A DNA stretch of 64,000 nucleotides. It comes from Spirochaetia bacterium. Lineage in GTDB: Bacteria; Spirochaetota; Spirochaetia; SZUA-6; Bin103. The position numbers were made by a program, and so were the translations under genes. Positions 8,955-18,976 of this stretch are shown piece after piece. Every line of letters begins with the position of its first letter. Within the stretch, counting starts at the first letter, position 1. The notes below the pieces were generated by a model. The model was not told the origin of the DNA, did no database searches, and saw nothing but the letters and a program-made list of their open reading frames with translations. Location of the stretch: NCBI GenBank assembly GCA_965199955.1, contig CBDATQ010000003.1, forward strand, positions 96,001 through 160,000. The letters run 5' to 3'.

Positions 8955-10058
8955 GTGGCCCTCTACGACGCGGCCGAGCGCGAGCAGGTCTCATCGCAGT
9001 GGCGGCTGATCCGCATCCGCTTCCTGCGCCACAAGGTGGCGGTCGCCGCTCTGGTGCTGCTCGGCATCTTCTACCTGGGCGTGCTGTTCGCGGAGTTCGT
9101 GGCGCCCTACGACCCCCGCCAGCGCAGCCCGGAACAGCAGTACTCACCGCCGCAGCGGATCCGCCTGTTCCACGAGGGCCGACTGACCGCCCCGTTCGTG
9201 TACGGGCTGTCGTCCGAGCTGGATCTGGAGACCTTCCGCTACGTGTACGAGGTGGACCGGGAAGGCCGGCAGCCGCTGGCGCTGTTCGTGCGCGGGGACC
9301 CATACGAGCTGTGGGGCCTGTTTCCGTCCGATCTGCACCTGTTCGGCGTCACGGACGGCAACCGGGCGTACCTGTTCGGCACCGACAACCTGGGGCGCGA
9401 CCTGATGTCGCGGGTGATCCACGGCGGGCGCATCTCACTGTCGATCGGGCTGGTCGGCATCGCCATCAGCTTCCTGCTCGGCATCGTCCTGGGAGGGATC
9501 TCCGGCTACTTCGGGGGAACCGTGGACGTGGCCATCCAGCGCCTGGTGGAGTTCCTGCGCTCCATCCCCGACCTGCCGCTGTGGATGGCGCTGAGCGTGG
9601 CGCTGCCCCGCTACTGGTCGACCGAGCGGGTCTACTTCGGCATTGTCATGATCCTGTCGCTGGTCGGCTGGACCTCCATCGCGCGCGTAGTGCGAGGCAA
9701 GTTCATGGCCGTGCGCGAGGAGGAGTTCGTCACCGCGGCCGTCGTTGCGGGCGCGGGCACGGGGCGCATCCTGTTCCGCCACCTGCTGCCCTCCTTCGCC
9801 AGCTACATGATCGCCTCGCTGACGCTGTCGGTGCCGGGGATGATCCTGGGAGAGACCGCGCTGAGCTTCATCGGCCTGGGGCTGCAGACCCCGGCGATAA
9901 GCTGGGGGGTGCTGCTGCAGGAGTCGCAACGCATCCACGTGCTGGCCGGATCGCCGTGGCTGCTGATCCCGGGCGGGTTCGTGATCGTCACGGTGCTGGC
10001 GTTCAACTTCCTGGGAGACGGGCTGCGCGACGCGGCCGATCCGTACACCTCCACCTGA
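8955..10058 (+). CDS. Peptide/nickel-type ABC transporter permease (OppC/DppC-like)
   Basis: LFGTDNLGRD..GGRISL; EEFVTAA; FNFLGDGLRDAADP. Confidence 0.9.
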   Translation: MALYDAAEREQVSSQWRLIRIRFLRHKVAVAALVLLGIFYLGVLFAEFVAPYDPRQRSPEQQYSPPQRIRLFHEGRLTAPFVYGLSSELDLETFRYVYEVDREGRQPLALFVRGDPYELWGLFPSDLHLFGVTDGNRAYLFGTDNLGRDLMSRVIHGGRISLSIGLVGIAISFLLGIVLGGISGYFGGTVDVAIQRLVEFLRSIPDLPLWMALSVALPRYWSTERVYFGIVMILSLVGWTSIARVVRGKFMAVREEEFVTAAVVAGAGTGRILFRHLLPSFASYMIASLTLSVPGMILGETALSFIGLGLQTPAISWGVLLQESQRIHVLAGSPWLLIPGGFVIVTVLAFNFLGDGLRDAADPYTST

Positions 10059-10059
10059 C

Positions 10060-10089
10060 AAAAGGGAGGAGGGATCGGTCCCTCCTCCC
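10060..10089. terminator. Intrinsic terminator between convergent genes
   Basis: Perfect 11-bp stem GGGAGGAGGGA-TCGG-TCCCTCCTCCC with a T-run on the minus strand. Confidence 0.75.
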
Positions 10090-10112
10090 CGGTTTCGCTA
10101 CGGATACGCGTT

Positions 10113-12071
10113 CTATGACTTGAAGTAGAACTGCGCGGGCACCTCGTGGATGTGCTCGGCGATGATCGGATCGGGGATGTTCCCCAGCTTGAGGCTGGCG
10201 ATTCCGTAGTAGTCCTGCCTCGGAGGGCGCACGGCGCCGATCATGTACAGCCCTTCCTCCAACAGCGCGAAAATCTCCATGGTGATAGCGATGCGTTCCT
10301 CATTGTCCGAAATGGAGATCGCGCGCTCGCGCAGCGCCGCGATCTGCTTCAGCTCATCCGGGGGCTCCATGCCCTCCGCGCCGTCCGTATTCAGCCAGGC
10401 GGCCCACTCCCTGCCGGGCGTGAACCAGGTGCCGACCGGTACGACCTCGCCCCGGACCAGCGGGTTCATCGGCCGGCCAGCCAGCCCGAACGGGAACATG
10501 ATCAGGTCGAAGTCGTTGGTGTTGTAGATGCCGCCGAACGCGTCCCAGCTTCCGGCGCGGGCGACGGTCTCGATACCGATATCACCCCAGTAGCCGGTGT
10601 ACAGATCCGCGATCTCGGCGGTAAGGCCGGACGGCATCGCGTAGATCTGCATGCGCAGGCGCTCGCCGTCGGAGCGCAGGCGGTAGCCGTCGCCGTCCCG
10701 CTCATCCAGACCCAGTTCGTCCAGGATGGCGTTCGCCTTGTCCAGGTCGTGCTCCAGGTAGATCTTGAACAGGTTCTCACCGTAGTACGGCGGGCCGGCC
10801 TCCACGGTCGGCTGCGACGCAACGCCCAGCCCCTTGTAGAAGGTCTGGTTGATCTCGTCGCGGTCGATGGCGTGTGAGAGCGCGATGCGGAAGCGCTTGT
10901 CGCTCTGCAGGTCCCGGAGCACCTCGTCCTCATGGGCGAAGTTGAAAATGATCAGGCCCTGCTCGCCCCCCGGCCACCAGTACTGGATGCGGCGATAGCC
11001 GGCGCTGTCGGCGTTCTCGTTGACCACCTGCAGGTTGGCGATGCCGCCCCACGGGCCGGGCGCCTGCAGGTCGGACTCTCCGGCCAGGATCTTCAGCAGC
11101 TCGGCCTCCCCGGGCGGAACGCCCTGCGAGTGGATGGCGTCGATGTAGGGAAGCTGGTTGCCGGCCGTGTCGATCTTCCAGTAGTAGGGGTTGCGGTTCA
11201 TCACCAGCACCTGGTCGGTCTTCTCGTTCTCGAGCTTCCAGGGGCCGATCACCGGCGTCTTGGGGCTGTGCTGCGGGTTGTAGATCTCCTTGAAGTGGTC
11301 GGTCCAGGTCTCGAAGCCGTTCTCCTTCACCGCCGCCTCGACCTTGTCCATCGACGTGTGACCCGGGTGGAACTGTTTCAGGAACTCCGAGTGCGCGTAG
11401 TTGGCCGGCCGCCACCGCGCCATGAACTCCACGAACATGCCGGCCTGCACGTCCCAGGAGATCTGCACCGCGGTGTCACTGACCTTGGTCATCGTCCCCG
11501 CGTTGCCGCCGAACCGCATCTGCGACGGCGGCGTCGGGAACAGCTCCTCGTTGAGGCCGATCTCGTTCCAGTAGAACAGGAAGTCGTCGGCGACGAACGG
11601 CTTGCCGTCGCTCCACTTCATCCCCTCACGCAGGTGCAGGGTGATGGTCATGCCGTCCGCGCTCCACTCCCAGCCCGCCAGGGCGTTCGGGAAGATCGAG
11701 CTCATGTCCGGCGAGTACGCCGTGGCGTACTCCCACACCCAGTGGTCGCCGTTGATGATCGTGCCTTCGGGGCGCAGCTCGCGCAGCACGCCGCCGTACT
11801 GGCCGATCTCGTCCACGGGCTCGACCACCAGCGGGTTGCTCGGCAGCCGTTCGGTGAGCGGCGGCAGGTCGCCGGCCGCCACCATGCTGGCCAGCATGGG
11901 CGCCTCGCTGAACGAGCTGATCGCCCCGTGCATGCCCTGCCACTCGTCGAGCTGGTGCACCTCGGAGTTGGTGTCCATCATCTGCGCCATCGCCAGCGAT
12001 GGCACGATCAGCAGCGCCACGGCCACCGCGATCGGTGCGACGCGGCGCAGCAGGTCGATTCTCATCCGCAT
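10113..12071 (-). CDS. ABC transporter substrate-binding protein, family 5
   Basis: Signal peptide; EAPML..LPPLTERLP; HLREGMKWSDG; RNPYYWK..GNQLPYID; AAGGAGG RBS before ATG 12071. Confidence 0.9.
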   Translation of the reverse strand: MRMRIDLLRRVAPIAVAVALLIVPSLAMAQMMDTNSEVHQLDEWQGMHGAISSFSEAPMLASMVAAGDLPPLTERLPSNPLVVEPVDEIGQYGGVLRELRPEGTIINGDHWVWEYATAYSPDMSSIFPNALAGWEWSADGMTITLHLREGMKWSDGKPFVADDFLFYWNEIGLNEELFPTPPSQMRFGGNAGTMTKVSDTAVQISWDVQAGMFVEFMARWRPANYAHSEFLKQFHPGHTSMDKVEAAVKENGFETWTDHFKEIYNPQHSPKTPVIGPWKLENEKTDQVLVMNRNPYYWKIDTAGNQLPYIDAIHSQGVPPGEAELLKILAGESDLQAPGPWGGIANLQVVNENADSAGYRRIQYWWPGGEQGLIIFNFAHEDEVLRDLQSDKRFRIALSHAIDRDEINQTFYKGLGVASQPTVEAGPPYYGENLFKIYLEHDLDKANAILDELGLDERDGDGYRLRSDGERLRMQIYAMPSGLTAEIADLYTGYWGDIGIETVARAGSWDAFGGIYNTNDFDLIMFPFGLAGRPMNPLVRGEVVPVGTWFTPGREWAAWLNTDGAEGMEPPDELKQIAALRERAISISDNEERIAITMEIFALLEEGLYMIGAVRPPRQDYYGIASLKLGNIPDPIIAEHIHEVPAQFYFKS

Positions 12072-12172
12072 AGGTACGTTCCTCCTTGTCGGTTGAACCG
12101 GGTTCAGCCGGTTGGATCGAATGGCTCCGAGTCTACGCTCCCCGCGTCGGGGTGCCAAGGACGGACTCCCCC

Positions 12173-12997
12173 TCACGACCAGACAAACACCTCCGGATCA
12201 TCCTCCGAGTAGCCGATGAACACCGCCAGGACGACCCGCGGCGAGGAGCCCTCCAGCGCCGGCACCTCGTGCACCAGGCGGGTGTTGAAGAAGTAGAGGT
12301 CGCCGGGCTGCAGGTCTACCTGGTAGTGCTCGACGGCGTTGGCCGCGGCGTAATCGGCGAAGGCGTCGGCCTGCAGGCACGGCTCCAGCTCCGGCGTCCA
12401 CAGGCAGCGGTGCAGGATCGACTGCGCGATCCGCCCCCCGGAGCGGCTGTTCTGCAGGCACAGCACGCCCGCGAACTGATGTGCGAAGCGGCTGACGGCG
12501 TAATCGAGCCGCCGCTCGTGCTTGCCGACATGGTCGACGTGCGGTTGGTAGCGGTGCCCGGCGTAGTGGATGCGGAAGATCGCCGGCCCGTAGGCGCGCC
12601 CGCCCGGCTCGTACGCCGTCGTGACCCGCTTGCCCGCCGCCAGCTCCGCCAGCCGGTCATAGACCAGCTCCACCGGGTCCGGATGGCCCGCGAACAGGGT
12701 TGCGAACAGCTCCCGGGTCTGCTGCGCGTGGGCCAGGAACCCCTCCCGGTCGGCCGCGCGGTTGCTCAGGCTGGTGCCGATGTCCACGCGGCGCGGCTGC
12801 ACGCTGTCGGCGTCCAGCAGGCTGGCGTCCATCAGCCCGCGCGCCACGAAGCGGTCGATCAGCGCGGCGCAGTGCTCCGCCGGATACGCCCCGCGCAGGA
12901 CGATCGCCGGAACCTCTGCCCGCGCCAGCGACGCCAGCGGATCGGCATGCTCCGCCAGCACGCTCCCCACGTCCGGTTCCGCCGCCGTCCAGCGCAT
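12173..12997 (-). CDS. Putative 2OG-Fe(II) oxygenase-superfamily protein
   Basis: HVD...LQPGDLYFF...HEV...R (HxD..H..R); start inferred at MRWTAAE. Confidence 0.6.
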   Translation of the reverse strand: MRWTAAEPDVGSVLAEHADPLASLARAEVPAIVLRGAYPAEHCAALIDRFVARGLMDASLLDADSVQPRRVDIGTSLSNRAADREGFLAHAQQTRELFATLFAGHPDPVELVYDRLAELAAGKRVTTAYEPGGRAYGPAIFRIHYAGHRYQPHVDHVGKHERRLDYAVSRFAHQFAGVLCLQNSRSGGRIAQSILHRCLWTPELEPCLQADAFADYAAANAVEHYQVDLQPGDLYFFNTRLVHEVPALEGSSPRVVLAVFIGYSEDDPEVFVWS

Positions 12998-13092
12998 GCG
13001 GCATGGTACCGCGCCGGCCGTGCGTCCGCATGCGCCAGGTGTATTGGTCGTCTTGATTGAGAGCGACGTCGATCTGCCCCAGGGGCTCGGCT

Positions 13093-14682
13093 TCACATCC
13101 CCCAGATGGTGACCGGTACGCCATCTCCCGACGGCGCGCGGCGGAAGATCTTTTCCGACCAAGGTCGTTTCCGTGTGCGGTCGAACACGATCAGGTGGCC
13201 CGCTTCCGCCCCGCAGCGGTCCGCGTAGCCCCGGGTTTGCGCCAGGCCTTCGGCCACGGTCCGCTCCAAGCCCTGCCGCAGCACCTTGCACTCGACGACG
13301 AAACGGCGCTCCCGCCCACCCTGCGGCCAGACGATCAGCAGATCCGTACGCCCCCGCCCCAACGCGTACTCGCGTTCGATCCGCCCGCCGCCATTGACGA
13401 TCCGCTGCAGGTGCGCCTGCAGCAGCAACTGCGGCCCCGCCTCGTGGTACTGCTCGAAGCGATGCACCCAGTGCTCGGAGTGTTCGCGGAAGAACGCCTG
13501 AAACGCCGCGATCAGCCCCGCCACGTCCAGCCCGCCGTCGGCGCCCACGTACCACGCCATCCGCTGCGGCAGGCCCGCCTGCACCGCGTCGTTCAGATGA
13601 CGAGGCACCACCTCGGCATAGATGGGGTTGGCGATGTGCGGCGTGCCGTCCGGCTCCTGCGCCACCAGCCCCAGGTCGCAGACGTAGGCGACGTCCTCGG
13701 TCGACCACGCCTGCTCGTCGGCGCCGGTCAGGATCGGCTCCACCACCCGACGCACGCGCTCCTCGCACAGCTTGTTGGCCAGGTCGTCGATATGCGTGTC
13801 TCGGCGCAGGATCAGACGCTCCTGCGCCTCCAGGACGGCGTCCGGGGTGATAGGTCGGGCGCGGTCGCGTCCGGGCTCGTGGCGGAAGCATGCGTCGTAG
13901 CACAGCGCGTTCACCAGCCATGGCTGGCCGGCGGTCCGCGTGCCGATCTGTTCCAGCGCCTCGTCCGTGAACGCCTGCCCGGTCGCCACGGTGTGCTGCG
14001 CCAGCAGCGTCCGTATCTCCTGCACGGAGAAGTCGCCGAGCCGCAGCGACTCGGACTTGATGTTGAAGGCGCTGCCGCCGAGCACCAGTCGGTCCTCGGC
14101 GGACGAGTGGATGCGGTAGTCGCGCACGTCGCGCACTCCGCACAGGACGATGCTGTGCGGGAAGGCCGCCGGACGCTGGTCGTAGCCGGTGCGAAGCTGG
14201 CGCAGCACCGACAGCAAGGTATCGCCGACCAGCGCGTCGATCTCGTCGATCAGCAGCACCAGCGGGCGCGCGTCCGCCATGCTCCAGCGCGCCAGCGCCT
14301 GGTGCAGCGCCTGCCCCGGCCCGACGCGCTCCAGCAGGGCCGGCCAGAGGTTCTCCAGGGTCTCGTCATGCAGCGTCACGCTGGCCCGAAACGCCAACTG
14401 GGCGAGCACCGTGCGCACTCCCTCCGCCACGTTCTCGCGCATCGCCTGACCAGCCTCGACGTTCGCGTACACGCAGCGGTAGTCCCCGGCGGCGCCGCCG
14501 TTCAGCAGGTCGCGCAGCGCCAGCAACGCCGAGGTCTTTCCGGTCTGGCGCGGCGCGTGCAGCACGAAGTACTTCTTGTCGCGGACCAAGCCGAGCACGG
14601 TGTCGAGATCGATTCGTTCCAGTGGCGGGATACAGTAGTGGTCCTCGCTCACCACCGGACCTTCCGTGTTGAACGTGCGCAC
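13093..14682 (-). CDS. AAA-like ATPase with C-terminal PD-(D/E)XK nuclease-like domain
   Basis: FNTEGP, APRQTGKT Walker A, LLIDEID Walker B, REYALGRGRTDLL..VVECK. Confidence 0.8.
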   Translation of the reverse strand: MRTFNTEGPVVSEDHYCIPPLERIDLDTVLGLVRDKKYFVLHAPRQTGKTSALLALRDLLNGGAAGDYRCVYANVEAGQAMRENVAEGVRTVLAQLAFRASVTLHDETLENLWPALLERVGPGQALHQALARWSMADARPLVLLIDEIDALVGDTLLSVLRQLRTGYDQRPAAFPHSIVLCGVRDVRDYRIHSSAEDRLVLGGSAFNIKSESLRLGDFSVQEIRTLLAQHTVATGQAFTDEALEQIGTRTAGQPWLVNALCYDACFRHEPGRDRARPITPDAVLEAQERLILRRDTHIDDLANKLCEERVRRVVEPILTGADEQAWSTEDVAYVCDLGLVAQEPDGTPHIANPIYAEVVPRHLNDAVQAGLPQRMAWYVGADGGLDVAGLIAAFQAFFREHSEHWVHRFEQYHEAGPQLLLQAHLQRIVNGGGRIEREYALGRGRTDLLIVWPQGGRERRFVVECKVLRQGLERTVAEGLAQTRGYADRCGAEAGHLIVFDRTRKRPWSEKIFRRAPSGDGVPVTIWGM

Positions 14683-14856
14683 CGTGGCTATCGTCTCAAG
14701 GTGTGGTATGGCTGTCGAACACGTTGTGTTTCGCCGCGAGCGGACCGGTCACGGCGTGGGAGACCTCAGGAGCAAAGGGAGGACATATCAGGCTCATATG
14801 AAGGCGGGCAGGCGGCTGCGGCCACACGCGCTGCGGTGGTAGATTGCGCGCCAGTC

Positions 14857-16302
14857 ATGAGCTCACTGCATCCGTACCATCCGCCCTCCGCCCGCTGCCG
14901 CGCCGGCGTCGCCCGCCGGGACGTGACGCCGCCAGTCGGAATCCAGAGCCGCTCCTTCGGCGCCGCCCTGCACGAGACGGCCGAAGGCGTCCACCGGCCC
15001 TTCACCGCCACCGCCCTGGCCCTGGCCGAGCTGGAAGGCGACGGCGGTCCGATGCTCCTCCTGGCCGTCGACATCGGCTGGCTGGAGAAGGACGAGATGG
15101 CGGAGTTCCTGGACGGGGTGCGCGAGCCGCTCGGCCTCGACGAGGGCCGGCTGCTCATCGCCTTCTCCCATACCCACTCGGGCGCGAACCTGTCGAGATC
15201 CATGCGCGACCACCCCGGCGGCGACAAGATCCGCCCCTACTTCGAGCGATTGATCGGCCGCTGCACGGAGGCTGCCGCCGAGGCTATCGCGAATCTCGTT
15301 CCCGCATGGCTCAGCTTCGGCTCCGGCACCTGCGACCTGGCCCAGAACCGGGACGCGTGGGACGAGGACTCACAGCAATTCGTGACCGGCTTCAACCCCG
15401 ACGGCGAAGCCGACGACACGGTGCTGGTCGCCCGCGTCAGCGCCGACGACGGCAGCGTCCTGGCCACGCTGGTCAACTATGGCTGCCACCCGACCACGTT
15501 GGGGCCGACCAACCGGCTGCTCTCCCCCGACTACGTCGGCGCCATGCGCGAAGTGATGGAGGACGCCTTCGGCGCCCCCTGCCTGTTCCTGCTCAGCCCG
15601 TGCGGCGACACCGGTCCGCGTGAAGGCTTCGTGGGCGACACCGCCGTCGCCGACTCCAACGGCCGCCGCCTGGGCTTCGCCGCCGCCGGCGCCGTCGAGT
15701 CGTTGCTCCCCGCGGGCACGCAACTCCGGTACGACGGCCCCATCATCTCCGGCGCCACGCTCGGCGCCTGGAAGCGTACGAAGATCGACCCACCCGCCGA
15801 CGACCGGTCACCCGTGCTGCGCAGGCGCATTCTGAGTATCGACCTGCCGATCAAGCCGCACGAATCACCGGACGCCCTCAAGGCAACCCACGACCAGGCC
15901 ACCCGCGACCTGGAAGCCGCGCAAGCCTCCGGCGACCCCATTGCCATCCGCGACGCCACCGCCCTGCGCGAGCGCGCCCGCCGCCGCCTCCTGCGCGGCC
16001 CGACCCTCCCCGACGGCGGGACCATCCCCTTCGACCTCCACCTCTGGCGGATCGGCGATGCCTTCCTCCTTTCGGTGCCCGCCGAGCCCTACTCCGTCCT
16101 CCAGAACGAGCTGCGAGCCCGCTTCCCCGACCGCCCCATCTTCATCTCCGTCGTGACCAACGGCATCCTGGCATACCTCCTGCCACGGGAACGGTATGGC
16201 AAGGACCTCTACCAGGACTGGGTCTCGTTCCCGGGACCGGGTGGCCTGGAGCTGGTAGTCCAGACGGCAGCCGCCGAGATCGCAGCCATGGCCGAAGAGT
16301 AA
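14857..16302 (+). CDS. Neutral/alkaline ceramidase-like metallohydrolase
   Basis: GVARRDVTPP, SHTHSG, NYGCHPT, SPDYVG, PAEPY motifs; start trimmed from the over-long 13057 ORF. Confidence 0.65.
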   Translation: MSSLHPYHPPSARCRAGVARRDVTPPVGIQSRSFGAALHETAEGVHRPFTATALALAELEGDGGPMLLLAVDIGWLEKDEMAEFLDGVREPLGLDEGRLLIAFSHTHSGANLSRSMRDHPGGDKIRPYFERLIGRCTEAAAEAIANLVPAWLSFGSGTCDLAQNRDAWDEDSQQFVTGFNPDGEADDTVLVARVSADDGSVLATLVNYGCHPTTLGPTNRLLSPDYVGAMREVMEDAFGAPCLFLLSPCGDTGPREGFVGDTAVADSNGRRLGFAAAGAVESLLPAGTQLRYDGPIISGATLGAWKRTKIDPPADDRSPVLRRRILSIDLPIKPHESPDALKATHDQATRDLEAAQASGDPIAIRDATALRERARRRLLRGPTLPDGGTIPFDLHLWRIGDAFLLSVPAEPYSVLQNELRARFPDRPIFISVVTNGILAYLLPRERYGKDLYQDWVSFPGPGGLELVVQTAAAEIAAMAEE

Positions 16303-16339
16303 GGTGATGCGCGGTTACGACGGGTGCCAGCTTCTGCCC

Positions 16340-16715
16340 TAATCCGTTCGACCGATGATGGCTTTGCCGTAGTCGTCCAGCTCCAGCGCTCCACGTACTC
16401 GGCCTCGGTCACGGGCCGGATGGCACCGGGATAGCGGGTTGCGGCGGCGTACCTGGTCAACTCGCTGGCTCGCCGGATGGCGCTCGGAATCGTCTCTCCT
16501 CGTTCCGCGAGCAGAGACAGCAGGTGGTCCAGGTCATGCACGTAGGGAAACTCGATGCCGCGTGCGATCATCAGGGCCTTGATCGCCTTCTCCGCCGCCT
16601 GCTGGGCGCAGAAGCACAGGTTCGAGGTAGACTTCGGCTGCACGGTTCCGGGCGTGAGCCAGGTTGCTCCGAGCCCGGTTCAGCCACTCGCGAGGGTCAT
16701 CGTGCGGGAACGCTC
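16340..16715 (-). pseudogene. HEPN-domain protein relic (frameshifted)
   Basis: FPHDDPREWLNRARSNL..EVYLE / LCFCAQQAAEKAIKA..PYVHDL..TRYP across shifted frames; ends approximate. Confidence 0.75.
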
Positions 16716-16911
16716 ACACCGCCTTCCGAGCACGTTGTGGTCCTCCTGCGGCGCGGCGAGTGCGTCAGGGCCACGTTGACGAGCGGTGCCCGGATCCCGT
16801 CGTCGGGACGCGGGGCGCCTCCGTTCAGTTCGCGGTGCTCCGGAATTCACTCGCGCACCTGCGTTGGCTGCTTCACTCCCTCGACGGTCAAGTAGTAGTG
16901 CTGCACCTTCG

Positions 16912-17094
16912 TCACCTCGCGCCACTGCAACCGCGCGCGCCGCGCTCGAAGCAGTAGTGCTCACCGGTCGGATCGGCCTCGGCCGGCGTCGGCTCGCCGA
17001 GCAGCCGGCACAGGTCGATGAAGTGCTCCTGGGCCGCCGAGCGCTCCTTCAGCTCCGAAGAGCGCCACTTGGCGATGAACTCGCCCGCGGTCAT
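16912..17094 (-). pseudogene. N-terminal relic of an MmeI-like (type IIL) restriction-modification enzyme
   Basis: MTAGEFIAKWRSSELKERSAAQEHFIDLCRLLGEPTPAEADPTGEHYCFERGA, then similarity ends abruptly. Confidence 0.75.
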
Positions 17095-17191
17095 GGCTTC
17101 ACCGATGCGATGCGCCGAGCCCGGAGAGATGTGGCTACAAGTTGATGACTTCCCGAACCCGGTTCTGACCAATGCACGGAACCATGGCACC

Positions 17192-18061
17192 TCAGGTGCG
17201 GAACTCCTGAGCGACGGCGCTCCTGGTGCGCAGGTCGCCGCCGTAGATGTCGAGGAATCCCTGGAAGAACGCGCGCGTGGCGTCGGGGAGCTCGGCCATC
17301 AGGGGCGAGAACGGGATCCAGGGCTGGTCGGAGAAGTAGTCGAACAGGTGCTCGCGGTCGGAGGTGTAGGTCAGCATGAAGGTGCGGCGCCGCTTGTCGG
17401 TGTGGTAGCGGCCGCGGTGCAGGCCCAGGGCCTCGAAGGCAACGGCGTCTCCGGGACGCTGGTGGATGCGGATGGCGCCCGGCATCTCGTTGGAGCGGCT
17501 GTTGGCCTGACCGTCGGCCAGGCGGATGCGGTACTCCTCGTCGGTGTCCCAGCGCAGGTGTGAGCCGGGGACGTACTCGACGTCGGCGGTCTCCACCAGG
17601 GCGATCTGGAGCTGGATGCCGTCGGGCCTGGTGCGGGTGGCGACAACGCTGCGCTGGTCCTGCTCGTCGGGTTTCAGGAACTGCACGTCGCGGTGCCACG
17701 AGCCATCCTCGTGCGCGGTCCTGGGCTCGAACCACAGGGTGGTGGCGCGGAACACCGGCTCTCCGTCCAGCAGCTCGCGGGCGAAGGCCAGGATGCGCTC
17801 GTCGGCGATCAGGTTCATGAGCGTGACGAACTCGCCGGGGTGGTCGCGGAAGTATCCGGGGTGGTTCAGGTGGCGCATGTTGTGGCGGTCGGGGTCGCCG
17901 GGCTTGCCGTCCTCGGCGCTGGCGGCCAGCCACTGCCGGCGGACGCGCTCGGTGATCCGCAGCAGGTCTGCGACCTCGCCGGACGACAGCAGCGAGCGGT
18001 ACACGCAGTAGCCCTCGTCCGTCCACTGGTCGCGCAGGGATCGGAGCCCGGTCTGCGTCAC
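17192..18061 (-). CDS. Phytanoyl-CoA dioxygenase (PhyH) family protein
   Basis: DEGYCVY, WHRD, YVPGSH, PGDAVAF..LHRG. Confidence 0.85.
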   Translation of the reverse strand: MTQTGLRSLRDQWTDEGYCVYRSLLSSGEVADLLRITERVRRQWLAASAEDGKPGDPDRHNMRHLNHPGYFRDHPGEFVTLMNLIADERILAFARELLDGEPVFRATTLWFEPRTAHEDGSWHRDVQFLKPDEQDQRSVVATRTRPDGIQLQIALVETADVEYVPGSHLRWDTDEEYRIRLADGQANSRSNEMPGAIRIHQRPGDAVAFEALGLHRGRYHTDKRRRTFMLTYTSDREHLFDYFSDQPWIPFSPLMAELPDATRAFFQGFLDIYGGDLRTRSAVAQEFRT

Positions 18062-18843
18062 CGCGGTGCGCCGTCCATCAACGCGTCGAACTCGTCTTCC
18101 GACATGAGGTTGTCGTCGCGGTCGAGCTGGTAGGCGATCGCGTAGGCGGCGCGGTTGACGCCGCTCAGGTTGGGCTCGCCGCGGTGCCAGACGTAGTTCG
18201 TAAAGAAGTAGGCGTCGCCCGGCCCGCCGGAGATCAGATCCTCCTGAGAGTCATCCACCACGTCCAGGGCGATCCGCTTGCGCTGGTACTTCTGGCCGTC
18301 GCGGCCGTGCTGGGCGACCTGGTCCCAGTACTGCTCGTGGAACTGGATCCGCCAGCGGGCGTGCGTGCCGGGCAGAAAGCCGAGCGCGATGGCGTCGGGC
18401 GCCACCTGGTCGAGGGCGATCCAGCAGTTCAGGCACACCTTCGGCCGCAGCTTCCAGTAGAAACAGTCCTGGTGGTAGAAGCTGCGCCCAGCCTTGAACA
18501 CCGACGGCTTGAAGATCGTCTGGTCGGTGTAGCGCTTCACCGGTCCGCCCAGCAACGCCTCCATGGCGCCCACCAGCTTGGGATTGCCGGTGAAGTCGTC
18601 GAACACGGTTTCGATGGCGGACGGAAGCTGCAGGGATCCGGAGCGGTAGTTGCCGCCGGGGGTGTCCCGGTCGTCGGGGTCCCAGGTCTGCAGGTGACGG
18701 TGCGGCCACCCGTAGTCGTGGTGGCCGTTCCAGAGCTCCTCCATCCGGGCGCGCACGGGCACGGTCTCCGCCTCGTCGAACAGGCCGCGGACGATGCAGT
18801 AGCCGTCCCGCTCAAGCTGCTGCTTGTGTTCTTCGGTGACCAT
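18058..18843 (-). CDS. Phytanoyl-CoA dioxygenase (PhyH) family protein
   Basis: RDGYCIV, YHQD, WIALD, LPGTH, WHRG..N..R; GAAGGAGG RBS before ATG 18843. Confidence 0.85.
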   Translation of the reverse strand: MVTEEHKQQLERDGYCIVRGLFDEAETVPVRARMEELWNGHHDYGWPHRHLQTWDPDDRDTPGGNYRSGSLQLPSAIETVFDDFTGNPKLVGAMEALLGGPVKRYTDQTIFKPSVFKAGRSFYHQDCFYWKLRPKVCLNCWIALDQVAPDAIALGFLPGTHARWRIQFHEQYWDQVAQHGRDGQKYQRKRIALDVVDDSQEDLISGGPGDAYFFTNYVWHRGEPNLSGVNRAAYAIAYQLDRDDNLMSEDEFDALMDGAPR

Positions 18844-18976
18844 CCAGGCCCTCCTTCGCGCGTACCGGCCGAGTATACACCCGCGAACGAGCGGCCCGAT
18901 GCTCTCAGGCGGCGATGGCGGCGCATCCCCGGCCGTGCCATCATTCACCTGATCCCGAGATGCCGCCGCGCGTGTG

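Noticed and set aside
12173..14143. 656-aa ORF
   Set aside because: The upstream part is an alternative frame of the AAA gene; only 12173-12997 looks protein-like.
13057..16302. 1081-aa ORF as one large protein
   Set aside because: The first 600 codons are the antisense shadow of the AAA gene; the real gene starts near 14857.
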